Positions 28,413 through 37,380 of a stretch of DNA of 64,000 nt are shown here, piece after piece. The position numbers were made by a program, and so were the translations under genes. The stretch is from positions 1 to 64,000 of the IMG/VR virus record IMGVR_UViG_3300008952_003220, one strand, 5' to 3'. The stretch comes from a virus. How positions within the stretch are numbered: the first letter of the stretch is position 1; the number at the start of each line of letters is the position of its first letter. The notes beneath the pieces are model-generated. The model was given only the letters and a program-made list of their open reading frames with translations, did no database searches and was not told the DNA's origin.

Positions 28413-31019
28413 ATGGCTATTAAAACAAAGGTTAGGTTGGCCCAAGTTTCTGGGTCAATGCCTTCAGACGGTGAGTCAGCCGCAGCTAGTAGCGCTATTG
28501 CTGCTAGCGATTTAGGTGACATTCTTGATCACATGGCATCAGCTATTAAGAGAATCCACGGAAACTCTTCATTCACTGAGGGTGCTGCTGGTACTTTTTA
28601 TCAGGATCTTGTCATCGGCGGAACGACTCCAACGTTAACAATTGGTGATGCCGGTGCAGAAGACACGATGATTGTCTTCGACGGTAACGCTCAGGACTAT
28701 CGTATCGGTCTCGACGATGGAACAGACATTCTTGAAATTGGTGTCGGTTCAGCTCATGGTACAACAACTGCAATGACGATTGACGCTTCACAGCAGGTTG
28801 TTGTTAAGGCAACAACAGCTGCATCAAGCACAACAGATGGAGCACTGGCAGTTGCCGGTGGACTAAGTGTTGCTGCTGACGCTATCGTTGGTGATGACGT
28901 GAAGCTTCTTTCTGACTCTGCTGTTCTTTCACTGGGTGCAGGTAGCGATGCTACACTTACTCACGATGGCACAACTGGTCTGGTAATTGCTGCTGAACCA
29001 ATCTCAATCAACTCAACTGGTGATCTGACTCTAGATTCTACTACTGATATCGTCATTGACGCTGCCGGCGGAAATGTTGAATTCAAGGATGATGGAACAC
29101 TTCAGCTTACTCTTGACATGGACACAACTGCTGGTGCACAGATCTTAAAGCTCGGTGTGAATGGTGATCGACTTGCTTTTCAGCAGTTCGACGGAACTGA
29201 AGTTCTTGGTATTGAAGATGATGCTTCTCTCAAGATCGCAGGTGGTTTAGGTTCTGGTGGTGTTACAGTTACAGCTGCTGGTGCGCTTGCTGCTGATGGA
29301 GTTATCAAAACTGATGACACAACAGAAGCAACTTCAACAACTGATGGTTCTTTACAGACTGACGGTGGTTTGAGTGTCGCTAAGAGCGCTGTCATTGGTG
29401 ATGATCTTGATCTTCTATCTGATTCTGCAATTATGAATTTTGGTGCAGGAAAAGACATCACGTTCACACATGATGGCGGCACAGGAATGGATGTTGTAGC
29501 TGCTGGTGCTTTTGATATCTCTGCTGGAGCTGCTTCCACATGGAAGACAACTGCTGGAGCGCTTACTGTTAGTGCTGAGGCAGATGCAGCCGCTTCACTT
29601 GTTATCACAGGCTCTGGTATTAAGATTGATGGTTCTGCAGGTCGAGGAATCACCATTGGTGATACAGCTGGCTGTGCAGTCTCACTTGGTAACGCTGTGT
29701 CAGAAGTTACAGTTAATGATAATTTGACTGTAACTGGTGATCTTACTGTTAATGGTGCTACAGTCACAGTTGATACAACAAACTTAACTGTTCAAGATCC
29801 TGTCATTACTCTTAATGAGGGAGGCCAGGCATCCAACGCCAACCAAGGTCTTCTCTTCACTTCCGGTTCTTCTTCTGCTACTAAGCCAGGAGTTGCATTC
29901 GGTCGTGTTGCTAATGACACATGGGGCCTTGGAACTATCGCTGTTCCATCTAGTGGTACCATGACTACAGTCGCTGGTATGACCACATCTGATATGGCAC
30001 TTAGAGCTGGTAAGTTTGAGCTTGACTCATCTTCTGACTATATTGAGCTTGATACTAACGTTAAGATTGTAGCTGCTGCTGATATCATTCTCGATCCAGC
30101 TGGTAACAACGTTCTTCCGGGCGGTGACTCAGCTGACTCACTCGGTGCCTCTGGTACAGCTTGGGCTGCACTCTATGTTGATAACATTGATCTAAACGGT
30201 CAGGGTTCAATCAGTGTGGGTGGTACAGGTCGTATTGATCTAGATGGAGATGACGATACCTCAATCCGAGCTTCTGCTGATGATATTATAACATTCGAGG
30301 CAGGTGGTTCTGATAGGCTTCATGTTGGTGCTGCAGCAATTTATCCAGAAACAACTGATGAAATTTCACTAGGTACTTCATCTAAGAACTTTAGTGATCT
30401 ATTCCTTGACAGTGGTGCTGTTATCAACTTCGACGGTGGTGATGTTACACTTACACACTCAGCTGGTGCACTTACAGTTGGTGGCGACGGTACCGTCGGT
30501 ATCAATCTTGCAAATCACGAGATGACAAACGTTGATATTGACTCTGGTGCTATTGATGGAACAACAGTCGGTGCGGCTTCTGCTGCTGCTGGTACATTCA
30601 CAACTCTTGACTGTACTGATGGCGCTTTTGCTATTGTCAACCTTGACATCGATGGTGGAACAGACATCGGCGCTGCTCTCGCAGATGCTGATCTAATCAT
30701 GGTCGACGACGGTGCTGGCGGTACAAACCGAAAGTCAGCTGTAAGTAGAGTTGCTACTTATGTCATTAGTAAAAGATCTAAGGCAATTCTATCTGGAACT
30801 GCCTATAGTGCTGATGCTGATGTTAACACAGGGCTTGGTTCAACTTGGACAGATGCTGGTGTAGCTGCCAAAGAAGTTTATGTCAATGGTCAGCTTTTAA
30901 CTGCTGGTAATGATGCTGCTTCAAATGGTGACTGGTATCCAGGAGGCTCTGCAGGTAGAGTTAAGTTTGAGTTTGCTCTTCTGGTTGATGATATTGTAAC
31001 GTTTGTTGTCTGGGGCTAA
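28413..31019 (+). CDS. Large Gly/Ala/Thr/Asp-rich fibre or decoration protein with internal repeats
   Basis: AAGGA before ATG 28413; beta-rich composition; strongly biased codons; strong terminator follows. Confidence 0.7.
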   Translation: MAIKTKVRLAQVSGSMPSDGESAAASSAIAASDLGDILDHMASAIKRIHGNSSFTEGAAGTFYQDLVIGGTTPTLTIGDAGAEDTMIVFDGNAQDYRIGLDDGTDILEIGVGSAHGTTTAMTIDASQQVVVKATTAASSTTDGALAVAGGLSVAADAIVGDDVKLLSDSAVLSLGAGSDATLTHDGTTGLVIAAEPISINSTGDLTLDSTTDIVIDAAGGNVEFKDDGTLQLTLDMDTTAGAQILKLGVNGDRLAFQQFDGTEVLGIEDDASLKIAGGLGSGGVTVTAAGALAADGVIKTDDTTEATSTTDGSLQTDGGLSVAKSAVIGDDLDLLSDSAIMNFGAGKDITFTHDGGTGMDVVAAGAFDISAGAASTWKTTAGALTVSAEADAAASLVITGSGIKIDGSAGRGITIGDTAGCAVSLGNAVSEVTVNDNLTVTGDLTVNGATVTVDTTNLTVQDPVITLNEGGQASNANQGLLFTSGSSSATKPGVAFGRVANDTWGLGTIAVPSSGTMTTVAGMTTSDMALRAGKFELDSSSDYIELDTNVKIVAAADIILDPAGNNVLPGGDSADSLGASGTAWAALYVDNIDLNGQGSISVGGTGRIDLDGDDDTSIRASADDIITFEAGGSDRLHVGAAAIYPETTDEISLGTSSKNFSDLFLDSGAVINFDGGDVTLTHSAGALTVGGDGTVGINLANHEMTNVDIDSGAIDGTTVGAASAAAGTFTTLDCTDGAFAIVNLDIDGGTDIGAALADADLIMVDDGAGGTNRKSAVSRVATYVISKRSKAILSGTAYSADADVNTGLGSTWTDAGVAAKEVYVNGQLLTAGNDAASNGDWYPGGSAGRVKFEFALLVDDIVTFVVWG
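28812..29490 (+). repeat. Two approximately 57-aa internal repeats in the fibre gene (about 28812-28982 and 29319-29490)
   Basis: TTAASSTTDGALAVAGGLSVAADAIVGDDVKLLSDSAV..THDGTTG versus TTEATSTTDGSLQTDGGLSVAKSAVIGDDLDLLSDSAI..THDGGTG. Confidence 0.8.
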
Positions 31020-31048
31020 TCTAGCTTTTTAGACAAGGTGACATTTTT

Positions 31049-31082
31049 TGGGGGACCCTTCTTCGGGGTCCCCCATTTTTTT
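31049..31082 (+). terminator. Rho-independent terminator
   Basis: TGGGGGACCC..GGGTCCCCCA followed by T7. Confidence 0.9.
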
Positions 31083-31154
31083 AAAATTACAAATCACTTC
31101 TCTTATAAACGATTTTTCTATTGATGATATTATTTTTTTATTTGAGAGGTTATA

Positions 31155-31610
31155 GTGAGTTCTGGCTTTAGAAATTTTGAAAATTTAATTGAAGATCTTT
31201 TTGATCTGAAATCGTCACATCAGCCCGATCGTGATGAAAGAAGTTTTGATATGGGAATGGCCCTTGCTTTTAAGTGTGTGAGACAAATGTGCATCGATGA
31301 GATTAACAGAATAAAAGATGACAACACAGAGCTGGCAAGATATGTTGAGAATTTATCAAATAGGTTAATTAACGGGATATCTATTGTTAGAGAGAAAAAT
31401 ATGATGGAAGCTAAAAGTTCTCAAAGTAAGACTGAGATCTTGGATGATATAATTGACTTAGTTTCTGGGTATAGGGATCAGGTTAAAAAAGATTTAGAAA
31501 AAATTCAATCTATTGAATCAGGCGACGCCCTGAAGACACCTATTAGAAAAGTTGGTGAGAGACCTGTGAAACTAAAAGATCAGAGAAATAAACAGGCAGA
31601 CGAGGATTAA
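31155..31610 (+). CDS. Hypothetical coiled-coil protein
   Basis: 151 aa, GAGG RBS. Confidence 0.6.
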   Translation: MSSGFRNFENLIEDLFDLKSSHQPDRDERSFDMGMALAFKCVRQMCIDEINRIKDDNTELARYVENLSNRLINGISIVREKNMMEAKSSQSKTEILDDIIDLVSGYRDQVKKDLEKIQSIESGDALKTPIRKVGERPVKLKDQRNKQADED

Positions 31611-31616
31611 TTTAAA

Positions 31617-32066
31617 ATGGCAATTAATATTGTCAAAACTGTAAACTTTGGAGTTTCAAAAACTGGGCTAAGCGGTCCGGGATACAGGATCTATAATACG
31701 AGCGGCGCTTCAAGTGGTAGTAGAGTCACTAGCGGAGTCGGAGAAGTATATGCCGGATCTGGTATTTACTCTGCTAGTGTTCATGTTGCTGATAACTTTA
31801 CTGGATATGTTCTTTGGGATACCGGTGAGGGAACACCGGTCTTCGCATCAGAAGATATAGATAATACAATTAGCACGCTAACAATGATTTCCTCGAGTGT
31901 TGATTTTACAAGAGATATGACCGCGGGCAGGTGGAAACTTGATGACAGCCTGAATCAAATGATATTTTATAAGGATGATAATTCAACTGTTGTTGCAAGA
32001 TTTGGAATGTCAGGAAGCGACGGTTCTCCCACAGTCTCTGAGGTCCATGAGAGAAGAAGACTCTAA
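31617..32066 (+). CDS. Probable virion structural protein
   Basis: Gly/Ser/Thr-rich; GRWKLD..NQMIFYKDD..F motif. Confidence 0.55.
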   Translation: MAINIVKTVNFGVSKTGLSGPGYRIYNTSGASSGSRVTSGVGEVYAGSGIYSASVHVADNFTGYVLWDTGEGTPVFASEDIDNTISTLTMISSSVDFTRDMTAGRWKLDDSLNQMIFYKDDNSTVVARFGMSGSDGSPTVSEVHERRRL

Positions 32067-32422
32067 TGACAATTATTTCAAGAGGCTTTGGGTCAACAAG
32101 CTCTAACATTATTGGGCACGGCTTCGGGCCAGATCCCGTGACTGTGGCTGCTGTTGAAGAAGAGCTTAGAAGGACAGGAAGATCAAGCAGAAGATTTGAA
32201 CCACTATTTCAGCCTCCAAAGTTTGATGTCTATAAGCTCACAGCAATTTTATCATCTGTAAATGATTTAAAAATAGATCCTCCAATTAAATCTACAATTA
32301 GCACAATAGTTGATGATAGTGATGAGTTTACTGTAAGTCACAAGGGTCAGATTAGAATTACAAAGACAAAGCCAAAAGAGGGAATATTTATTAAAGTTAT
32401 CAAACTCTTTAAGAGAGAATAA
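32066..32422 (+). CDS. Hypothetical protein
   Basis: TAATG-coupled ORF; IISRGFG N-terminus. Confidence 0.55.
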   Translation: MTIISRGFGSTSSNIIGHGFGPDPVTVAAVEEELRRTGRSSRRFEPLFQPPKFDVYKLTAILSSVNDLKIDPPIKSTISTIVDDSDEFTVSHKGQIRITKTKPKEGIFIKVIKLFKRE

Positions 32423-32425
32423 AAA

Positions 32426-33052
32426 ATGCAAAAAATAGACTTAGATCTTGACAAAGAAAACGAACTTGTCTTTAGACTAGCAATAGAGGGAACAAAGCCT
32501 GCATCACCAAAAAGTAGATTTATGCTTGAAACAGAAGATTTTTCTCTATCATTCCCGTCTCAGCGCCATAGTGGCGGAGAAGTAACTATATTAATACCAT
32601 CTCTTCAAAATGTTATAAAAGAGGGAGTTTATTCAGGTTCGCTTGAAGTGATCATAGATGATAGAGTTTTTACTCCAATTAAAATTGACACAAATTTTAA
32701 AAAATCTGTTAGCGTAGTTGCTGAAGCTGTTATACCTAAGAAAAGAGAGACTCAGGTATCTGTCTCTTCAGTAGTGGCTGTAAACAGACAAGAATCACAA
32801 GTCTTGAATAGAAATTCAGGATCACAAAAGAAAGAAAATAAAAAGAATCAAATCAATGAGTCTTTACCTTCTAGGGCCGGACCTCCCCAGAGAACAAGGG
32901 CTCGTCCACCGCAAAATCTAAGAAGAAAGACAAATGATGAAAATAGAATGCTAGAGTCAAAGATTAGAATGCTTGCTAAAAAGAAGAAAATTTCCCTATC
33001 ATCAGAACAGGTTATGGAAATAATTAAAAAATATAAAACTACTAACAGCTAG
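32426..33052 (+). CDS. Hypothetical late protein
   Basis: ATATTTA at 32384; beta-rich N-domain, basic C-terminus. Confidence 0.6.
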   Translation: MQKIDLDLDKENELVFRLAIEGTKPASPKSRFMLETEDFSLSFPSQRHSGGEVTILIPSLQNVIKEGVYSGSLEVIIDDRVFTPIKIDTNFKKSVSVVAEAVIPKKRETQVSVSSVVAVNRQESQVLNRNSGSQKKENKKNQINESLPSRAGPPQRTRARPPQNLRRKTNDENRMLESKIRMLAKKKKISLSSEQVMEIIKKYKTTNS

Positions 33053-33063
33053 AGGATTTTCTC

Positions 33064-33297
33064 ATGATATTATATTGTTATCTTGCAGTAGCTTTTATTC
33101 TTTTAGTCTCTTACCTTCTTAGAATTGAATCTTGTCAATTTGATCTAAGAATTTCGAGATCAAGAGAAACAAAGGCTCTTATGAAGAGAAAGATTGATAA
33201 AAGTATTCAAGATATTAAACTAGTTCTTATTTGGCCATTATTACTATACAGACTTGTTATTGAGTCTATCAACGCAATTAAAGATTCAAAGTTATAA
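33064..33297 (+). CDS. Small membrane protein
   Basis: Two hydrophobic segments. Confidence 0.55.
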   Translation: MILYCYLAVAFILLVSYLLRIESCQFDLRISRSRETKALMKRKIDKSIQDIKLVLIWPLLLYRLVIESINAIKDSKL

Positions 33298-34028
33298 TGA
33301 CTAATGTGAGAGTCTCAAATAGATCTCTCCTCTTAATAAAATATCTCGATGAAGAGCTTAGAGAGTGTCAAGCTTCTTGTGAAGTCGCTCGACAAGAAAT
33401 GGAATCTAGAATAAGACAGCTTCATTTTGATCTTAACGTTTTTGATTCCGACTTAGATAAGGGCTACCAAGAATTAGACTCTAATAGTCATAAACAGACA
33501 TTAGAAGATGGGTCAGGATGCTCTGATAATAGTCTAGGTGAAGATTGTGAAATTTCTAAAAAATCTAAATCTCACCCACCCTGGGCTAAAAAACTATTCA
33601 AGAAAATTGTCTTTTTAACACACCCAGATAAGATTCCATCCGCCCTAAATAGTGACATGAAGGATAGACTTGTTAGCCAATATCAGCTAGCAAAAGAATC
33701 AATAGACAGCTATGAATATGTTTCTGTGGCTATTATAGCATTTGATTTAGATATTTCTCCAATTGAGATTGACTTTAGCGATTCTGATATATTTAAGAAA
33801 AAAGAGAAAGAGATTTCAAATAAGATAGCTTCACTTAAGCGTACGATTTATTGGACTTGGTCAAACTCTAGTGATAGTCAAAGAGAACAAATAATGAACC
33901 AGTTTTTAAAGTCTAGAGGGTGGGACACTTCTGAAAGCATGAGAAAAAAATCTAGAAAGGGATCCGGAAACCATCCTGGAAAATCTATTTCATGGATAAG
34001 AAAGCTAGAAAAAACAACAGATTCTTAG
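33297..34028 (+). CDS. Protein with an internal J-domain-like segment
   Basis: KKLFKKIVFLTHPDK (HPD motif in helical context). Confidence 0.6.
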   Translation: MTNVRVSNRSLLLIKYLDEELRECQASCEVARQEMESRIRQLHFDLNVFDSDLDKGYQELDSNSHKQTLEDGSGCSDNSLGEDCEISKKSKSHPPWAKKLFKKIVFLTHPDKIPSALNSDMKDRLVSQYQLAKESIDSYEYVSVAIIAFDLDISPIEIDFSDSDIFKKKEKEISNKIASLKRTIYWTWSNSSDSQREQIMNQFLKSRGWDTSESMRKKSRKGSGNHPGKSISWIRKLEKTTDS

Positions 34029-34047
34029 TAAGTAGATTTGGTATCCG

Positions 34048-34707
34048 CTAGCTATTAAACTTCCGCAGCCTAGCAACACCGTCAGTCACAGTCACATATG
34101 TCTGATGTGTGACCCAGTCACCTGCATTAATATAGGTCTTAATATTTTGATCTTCATCAACCCAGATTAAAGCCTCTGGTATGTGCGTATGACCCATAAT
34201 GAATACATCAATCTTCGGATGATGTCGAAGAATATTGATAATGCTTCTTAGCTTATGCTTTTTAATTTGAATCTCTGTCCACCACGTTGTGAAGTCAAAG
34301 TTGAAAGTGAATTCTAGCATGTTTTGAACTATAGAAAGAAATTTAACAAACACTCTATTTGCAAGAGCTCCTTTTTCATATATGTCACCATGCTCAACTC
34401 TAAACTTTCTGTTGCCTTCCTCGAAGTCATATCTTTTCACGAATGTGACATTAAAGAATGTCTTTCCGATAACATTGACTAAGCTTTCATCGTGATTTCC
34501 TACGACGTATATTATTCTTTTATTGTAGTCTATTGCCTCTATGATTTCCATACATCGTTCTGTAAATACTGGTATCTTAATAAAGTCAATAATGTCACCA
34601 GCTAAAATCAGCTGATCGTAGTCTTCGGATTTAAGAAAGCTGAGAAGAGAATTAGACTTATAGAACTTTGTTCCAATATGAGTGTCTGATATGATTACTC
34701 TCTTCAT
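34048..34707 (-). CDS. Calcineurin-like metallophosphoesterase (LpxH-like)
   Basis: SDTHIG, GDIID, GNHD, HGD, GHTH, NAGDW. Confidence 0.88.
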   Translation of the reverse strand: MKRVIISDTHIGTKFYKSNSLLSFLKSEDYDQLILAGDIIDFIKIPVFTERCMEIIEAIDYNKRIIYVVGNHDESLVNVIGKTFFNVTFVKRYDFEEGNRKFRVEHGDIYEKGALANRVFVKFLSIVQNMLEFTFNFDFTTWWTEIQIKKHKLRSIINILRHHPKIDVFIMGHTHIPEALIWVDEDQNIKTYINAGDWVTHQTYVTVTDGVARLRKFNS

Positions 34708-34894
34708 GTTTTAGATATGCCCTAAGAATATTTATATTATACACCAGGCGCATTGAATTAAAAACATTAATACAGTTTTAGATTTGATGTTTATAATCAA
34801 AAAGTCAATTCAATTGAATTGAAAAAGCTAGATAGAAATAAGAGATAGAAGAATTATATTTTTGTCTAGTGAGTTCAAAAAATAGGGAGAAACA

Positions 34895-35158
34895 ATGAAC
34901 GAATATAGACTTTCTGATGAAGTGATTGCACAGATCGCCAAGATTATCCAGGTTGCAATCTTGACAGGCACAGACGTCGTTGATAATCTTAGAATGATGA
35001 GAGTTACAAACTCAAGTGATGAAGAAAGCGTCCTTACACTTACAGACGGGTACAAAGACATGAGTGAAAGCCAGATAGCTGATTTGCTTGAAAAGGCTTC
35101 TCAAGCCTCTGAAATGACTATGGCAGACGCGCTTGAGATCGAGGGAGATCTAAATTGA
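34895..35158 (+). CDS. Hypothetical protein
   Basis: GGGAG RBS; first gene of nucleotide cluster 1. Confidence 0.65.
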   Translation: MNEYRLSDEVIAQIAKIIQVAILTGTDVVDNLRMMRVTNSSDEESVLTLTDGYKDMSESQIADLLEKASQASEMTMADALEIEGDLN

Positions 35159-35532
35159 ATGACGACAGGCTTCGAGTCATGTTTGATCTAAGAGAGAGGT
35201 TTATGCTATCGCTTAAGGAGAAGTTCCCCGACGCTTACCCAGCTTGGCCGCTTGACCTAAGTAAGAAAAGTGATCAACAGCTTTGTAGAGATATGGCACT
35301 AAGAGGAGTTGAAGAGATGTTTGAAGCATTACAGCACCTTAAGAACTGGAAGCCTCATCGACAGACAGAAGTTAGTGAGTTTGATCATGATGCTTTTTTA
35401 GAAGAGGTAGTCGATGCATTTAATTACTTTTTTTCTTTGATCATTTTATCAGGAAGCTCAGCAGATGACCTATATAATTCTTATATAAAGAAGGACTTCA
35501 TTATACATGAGCGCCTCGATAAAGGATACTAG
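35155..35532 (+). CDS. All-alpha dimeric dUTPase/dCTPase-like NTP pyrophosphatase
   Basis: EEMFEA..NWKPH..EEVVDAFNYF..Y.KK....ER...GY. Confidence 0.8.
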   Translation: MNDDRLRVMFDLRERFMLSLKEKFPDAYPAWPLDLSKKSDQQLCRDMALRGVEEMFEALQHLKNWKPHRQTEVSEFDHDAFLEEVVDAFNYFFSLIILSGSSADDLYNSYIKKDFIIHERLDKGY

Positions 35533-35830
35533 CTTTGCAAAGATAAAGCTAGAAACATGCCATCAAGACCCTATCTGTTTTTCTTCCCCCAAAGAGCTTA
35601 AAAAAATATTAAGTGAAACTAATGAAAAAATACATACCGGTGTGATAGAATTTACATGTAATGAGGGGTCTAGGCCTCTTGTTGATGAACGTGGATATAC
35701 ACAAATGTCTTCTTTGGTCTTTGATCAGACGCATTCAGATGCTATTATATCCGCTTTTAAAGATGTTTTTCTGAGGGGGAAAAATGAAAACCAATCTATC
35801 GAGCCTGTTTCAGACACAAAAGCAGTTTAA
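35507..35830 (+). CDS. Hypothetical protein
   Basis: 107 aa, overlapping both neighbours. Confidence 0.45.
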   Translation: MSASIKDTSFAKIKLETCHQDPICFSSPKELKKILSETNEKIHTGVIEFTCNEGSRPLVDERGYTQMSSLVFDQTHSDAIISAFKDVFLRGKNENQSIEPVSDTKAV

Positions 35831-36731
35831 TGATCTATTTTTCAATAGAGATAACTTAAGTCAAATTGAAAAAGAGGAGATTACTAAGTCGCTATCTTTG
35901 GCATTGCACTCTGAGATATCTTCAATGATATCTGGAATTAACTTTAAGGATCATAAGTGCAGCCGAATCGAGATAGACGTCAATAAGATTCTTTACGAGT
36001 CGGTCGATGCATTCAGATATATCATAGCAATTATGAACCTTTGGGGAATATCTCATGATCAATTTACTGATGCATTTGATGATAAGGATCTCTACCTCAA
36101 GACCTGTCACAAGATAGAAAGAAATACCTGGGACGGTCGACCTGTCTTGATAGTCGACATGGATGATGTCATCGTTGGATTTAGAGATGGATTTATTGGA
36201 TGGCTTCGAGATAGATACGCTGTTCATGTGGATCCAGAATGTCCAGAGTACTATACTACCACCGCAGTGAAGGAAAAGGGTCTTAATCCGGAGTCAGTTT
36301 TCTTTAGCTTTATTTCTGAAAGAAAACTTCGAGATCTAGAGCCGATCGGAAACATGATTCAAATTTTAAATAAGCTTCACGATTTAGGATACTGGATTCA
36401 GCTGCTTACAGCTCGACCTGAGGAGAATCTTCTCTGTTGTTATGATACATACAGATGGCTTGAGTCATCTGGCCTAAAGTATGATAGGCTTAACTTTAGC
36501 GGAGAAAAATATCGATGGCTTGCTCAGTCAGAATATTATGATACTGGGTCAATCGTTTGTGCCATTGATGATTCGCCTAAGCACTCTGCAGAGTATGCCA
36601 AGCATGGTATCAACGTTATCTCCCCTTTGACATCTTATAATAGAGAGCTTGAAACTGTTGATAGGGTCAGGTTTTATGCTGATGATTCAGATGTTTTAGA
36701 GATGATAAGGGAATTATCAAAAAACGTGTAG
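35784..36731 (+). CDS. Fusion: degenerate all-alpha NTP-PPase domain plus HAD 5'(3')-deoxyribonucleotidase
   Basis: N-terminal SEIS..FKDH..YESVDAFRY; C-terminal LIVDMDDVI, LLTARP, K, IDDSP. Confidence 0.75.
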   Translation: MKTNLSSLFQTQKQFNDLFFNRDNLSQIEKEEITKSLSLALHSEISSMISGINFKDHKCSRIEIDVNKILYESVDAFRYIIAIMNLWGISHDQFTDAFDDKDLYLKTCHKIERNTWDGRPVLIVDMDDVIVGFRDGFIGWLRDRYAVHVDPECPEYYTTTAVKEKGLNPESVFFSFISERKLRDLEPIGNMIQILNKLHDLGYWIQLLTARPEENLLCCYDTYRWLESSGLKYDRLNFSGEKYRWLAQSEYYDTGSIVCAIDDSPKHSAEYAKHGINVISPLTSYNRELETVDRVRFYADDSDVLEMIRELSKNV

Positions 36732-36754
36732 CTTTGGCTTATGTTTGGTATAAT
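36726..36754 (+). promoter_or_regulatory. Sigma70-like promoter
   Basis: GTGTAG-17-TATAAT with TGn extension. Confidence 0.7.
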
Positions 36755-36795
36755 GTAGTTGTGGAAATTATTTCACTTTTTAGGAGAATATAGTA

Positions 36796-37266
36796 ATGCG
36801 TAAATTGTTTTTTGGTAGTCTTGTTCTATCTTTTCTTGTTGCAGGGTCATCTTTTGCAGACAGCCCGACAGCACCTACAGAAAAAAAGACAGTAGTTTCT
36901 GAAAAGTCGACAGAGCTGCCTTCAACTCGACTAGATCGTTCAGAGTTTACAATGTGTCGATCTGAAATCGAAAATGAATCGACAAAGTTTTATAATATTG
37001 GCAGCATGTGTGCTGATGGCCTTTTCGCTCTGATGGAGGGGCGGGGCTGTGAGAATATCGTTCACGAAACTGCAGCCGGTGGATGGACATATCACTACTG
37101 CGCAGAGGCGGATACATGCGACCGTCTACACAACAGCGTGTTTGTAGTTGCTTCTGTTGATCTTAACATTCCAGAAATTTTCCCTGTAGAAGATTATGAA
37201 ATGTGGTGTATGGATAACAATTATGCAATTCTTCGTCAGCCCATTGAGAGTGATCTTGAAGAATAG
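36796..37266 (+). CDS. Secreted Cys-rich hypothetical protein
   Basis: Signal peptide MRKLFFGSLVLSFLVAGSSFA; 6 Cys; own promoter and terminator. Confidence 0.7.
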   Translation: MRKLFFGSLVLSFLVAGSSFADSPTAPTEKKTVVSEKSTELPSTRLDRSEFTMCRSEIENESTKFYNIGSMCADGLFALMEGRGCENIVHETAAGGWTYHYCAEADTCDRLHNSVFVVASVDLNIPEIFPVEDYEMWCMDNNYAILRQPIESDLEE

Positions 37267-37291
37267 ATACATTTTATAAAACCTAATAATT

Positions 37292-37317
37292 GAGCTGGCT
37301 TTGCCAGCTCTTTTTTT
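37292..37317 (+). terminator. Rho-independent terminator
   Basis: GAGCTGGC-TTT-GCCAGCTC followed by T7. Confidence 0.88.
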
Positions 37318-37380
37318 ATTTATCTTTAATACAGATTCGATGTCTTTGTTATAATATTTTATTACCACATGAGGAGAAAA

